Shown one piece after another: positions 45,860 to 46,188 of a stretch of 46,188 nt of DNA. The position numbers were made by a program, and so were the translations under genes. Position 1 is the stretch's first letter. Each line of letters opens with the position of its first letter. The notes beneath the pieces are model-generated. The model saw only the letters and a program-made list of their open reading frames with translations. It made no database searches and had not been told where the DNA came from. Source of the DNA: Candidatus Limnocylindrales bacterium (GTDB taxonomy: Bacteria; Moduliflexota; Moduliflexia; Moduliflexales; JAUQPW01); contig DATMBG010000027.1 of assembly GCA_035559535.1 (NCBI GenBank), positions 1-46,188 on the forward strand, given 5' to 3'.

Positions 45860-46188
45860 TCCGTTTAATGCTTAGAAATATTTTTAATTGAAGGCCTTGT
45901 TTGGTTTTAGAGGTTGCCTTTTGTTCATTGGTTTTGGGATTGCTTGCAATACGTGTTATCTTTTATTTATTCGTCGCTGCTGTTTAAGGGAGAAATTTCT
46001 TGACAGTTTTTAACCGAATTGGTAAGGAAGCGGACATTGAGTAGGGGATTACTGATCTTTGCATAAATATCTAATAAAATCCAAGCTGTTTAATACAACC
46101 TTGGATCACATGAATTTTATGTCGTAAACGTTCCTTAGCCTTACGAAGTTCATACCGTAACTGACAAAGATGTTGACAACTCAAATTC
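45860..46188 (+). promoter_or_regulatory. Putative AT-rich CRISPR leader; array expected beyond the window
   Basis: Non-coding AT-rich stretch downstream of cas2; TTGACA at 46000-46005 and 46173-46178. Confidence 0.4.

Overview
A CRISPR-Cas/defence superlocus of about 40 kb follows 5 kb of housekeeping genes (two stand-alone receiver domains, an enolase-superfamily enzyme, a GT-C glycosyltransferase). Block 1 (+, 5538-30977) starts with a WYL regulator. Next is an unusual type I-like module: an 803-aa HD-less large subunit with a Cas10d-like Zn motif and a probable hidden Cas11, a Csc2-like Cas7, Cas5 and a full HD+helicase Cas3. Its cas3 overlaps (ATGA) a CARF nuclease that opens a complete type III-D module. 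The block ends with an uncharacterised 848-aa protein (RelE-like N-terminus?, coiled coil, three C2H2-like fingers) and a 1553-aa DUF1998-type helicase. A DUF6883/DUF4926 pair and a decayed copy of part of the helicase separate it from block 2 (+, 32969-44976): a second WYL, a hypothetical gene, and canonical type I-D with cas6, cas4, cas1 and cas2. No CRISPR array is visible; the AT-rich right end looks like a leader. A family of 28-bp REP-like palindromes is scattered through the window, including inside cas4 and a transposase remnant. The best candidates for novelty are the divergent type I module coupled to III-D and the zinc-finger/helicase pair. All family calls come from motifs recognised by eye; no searches were run.
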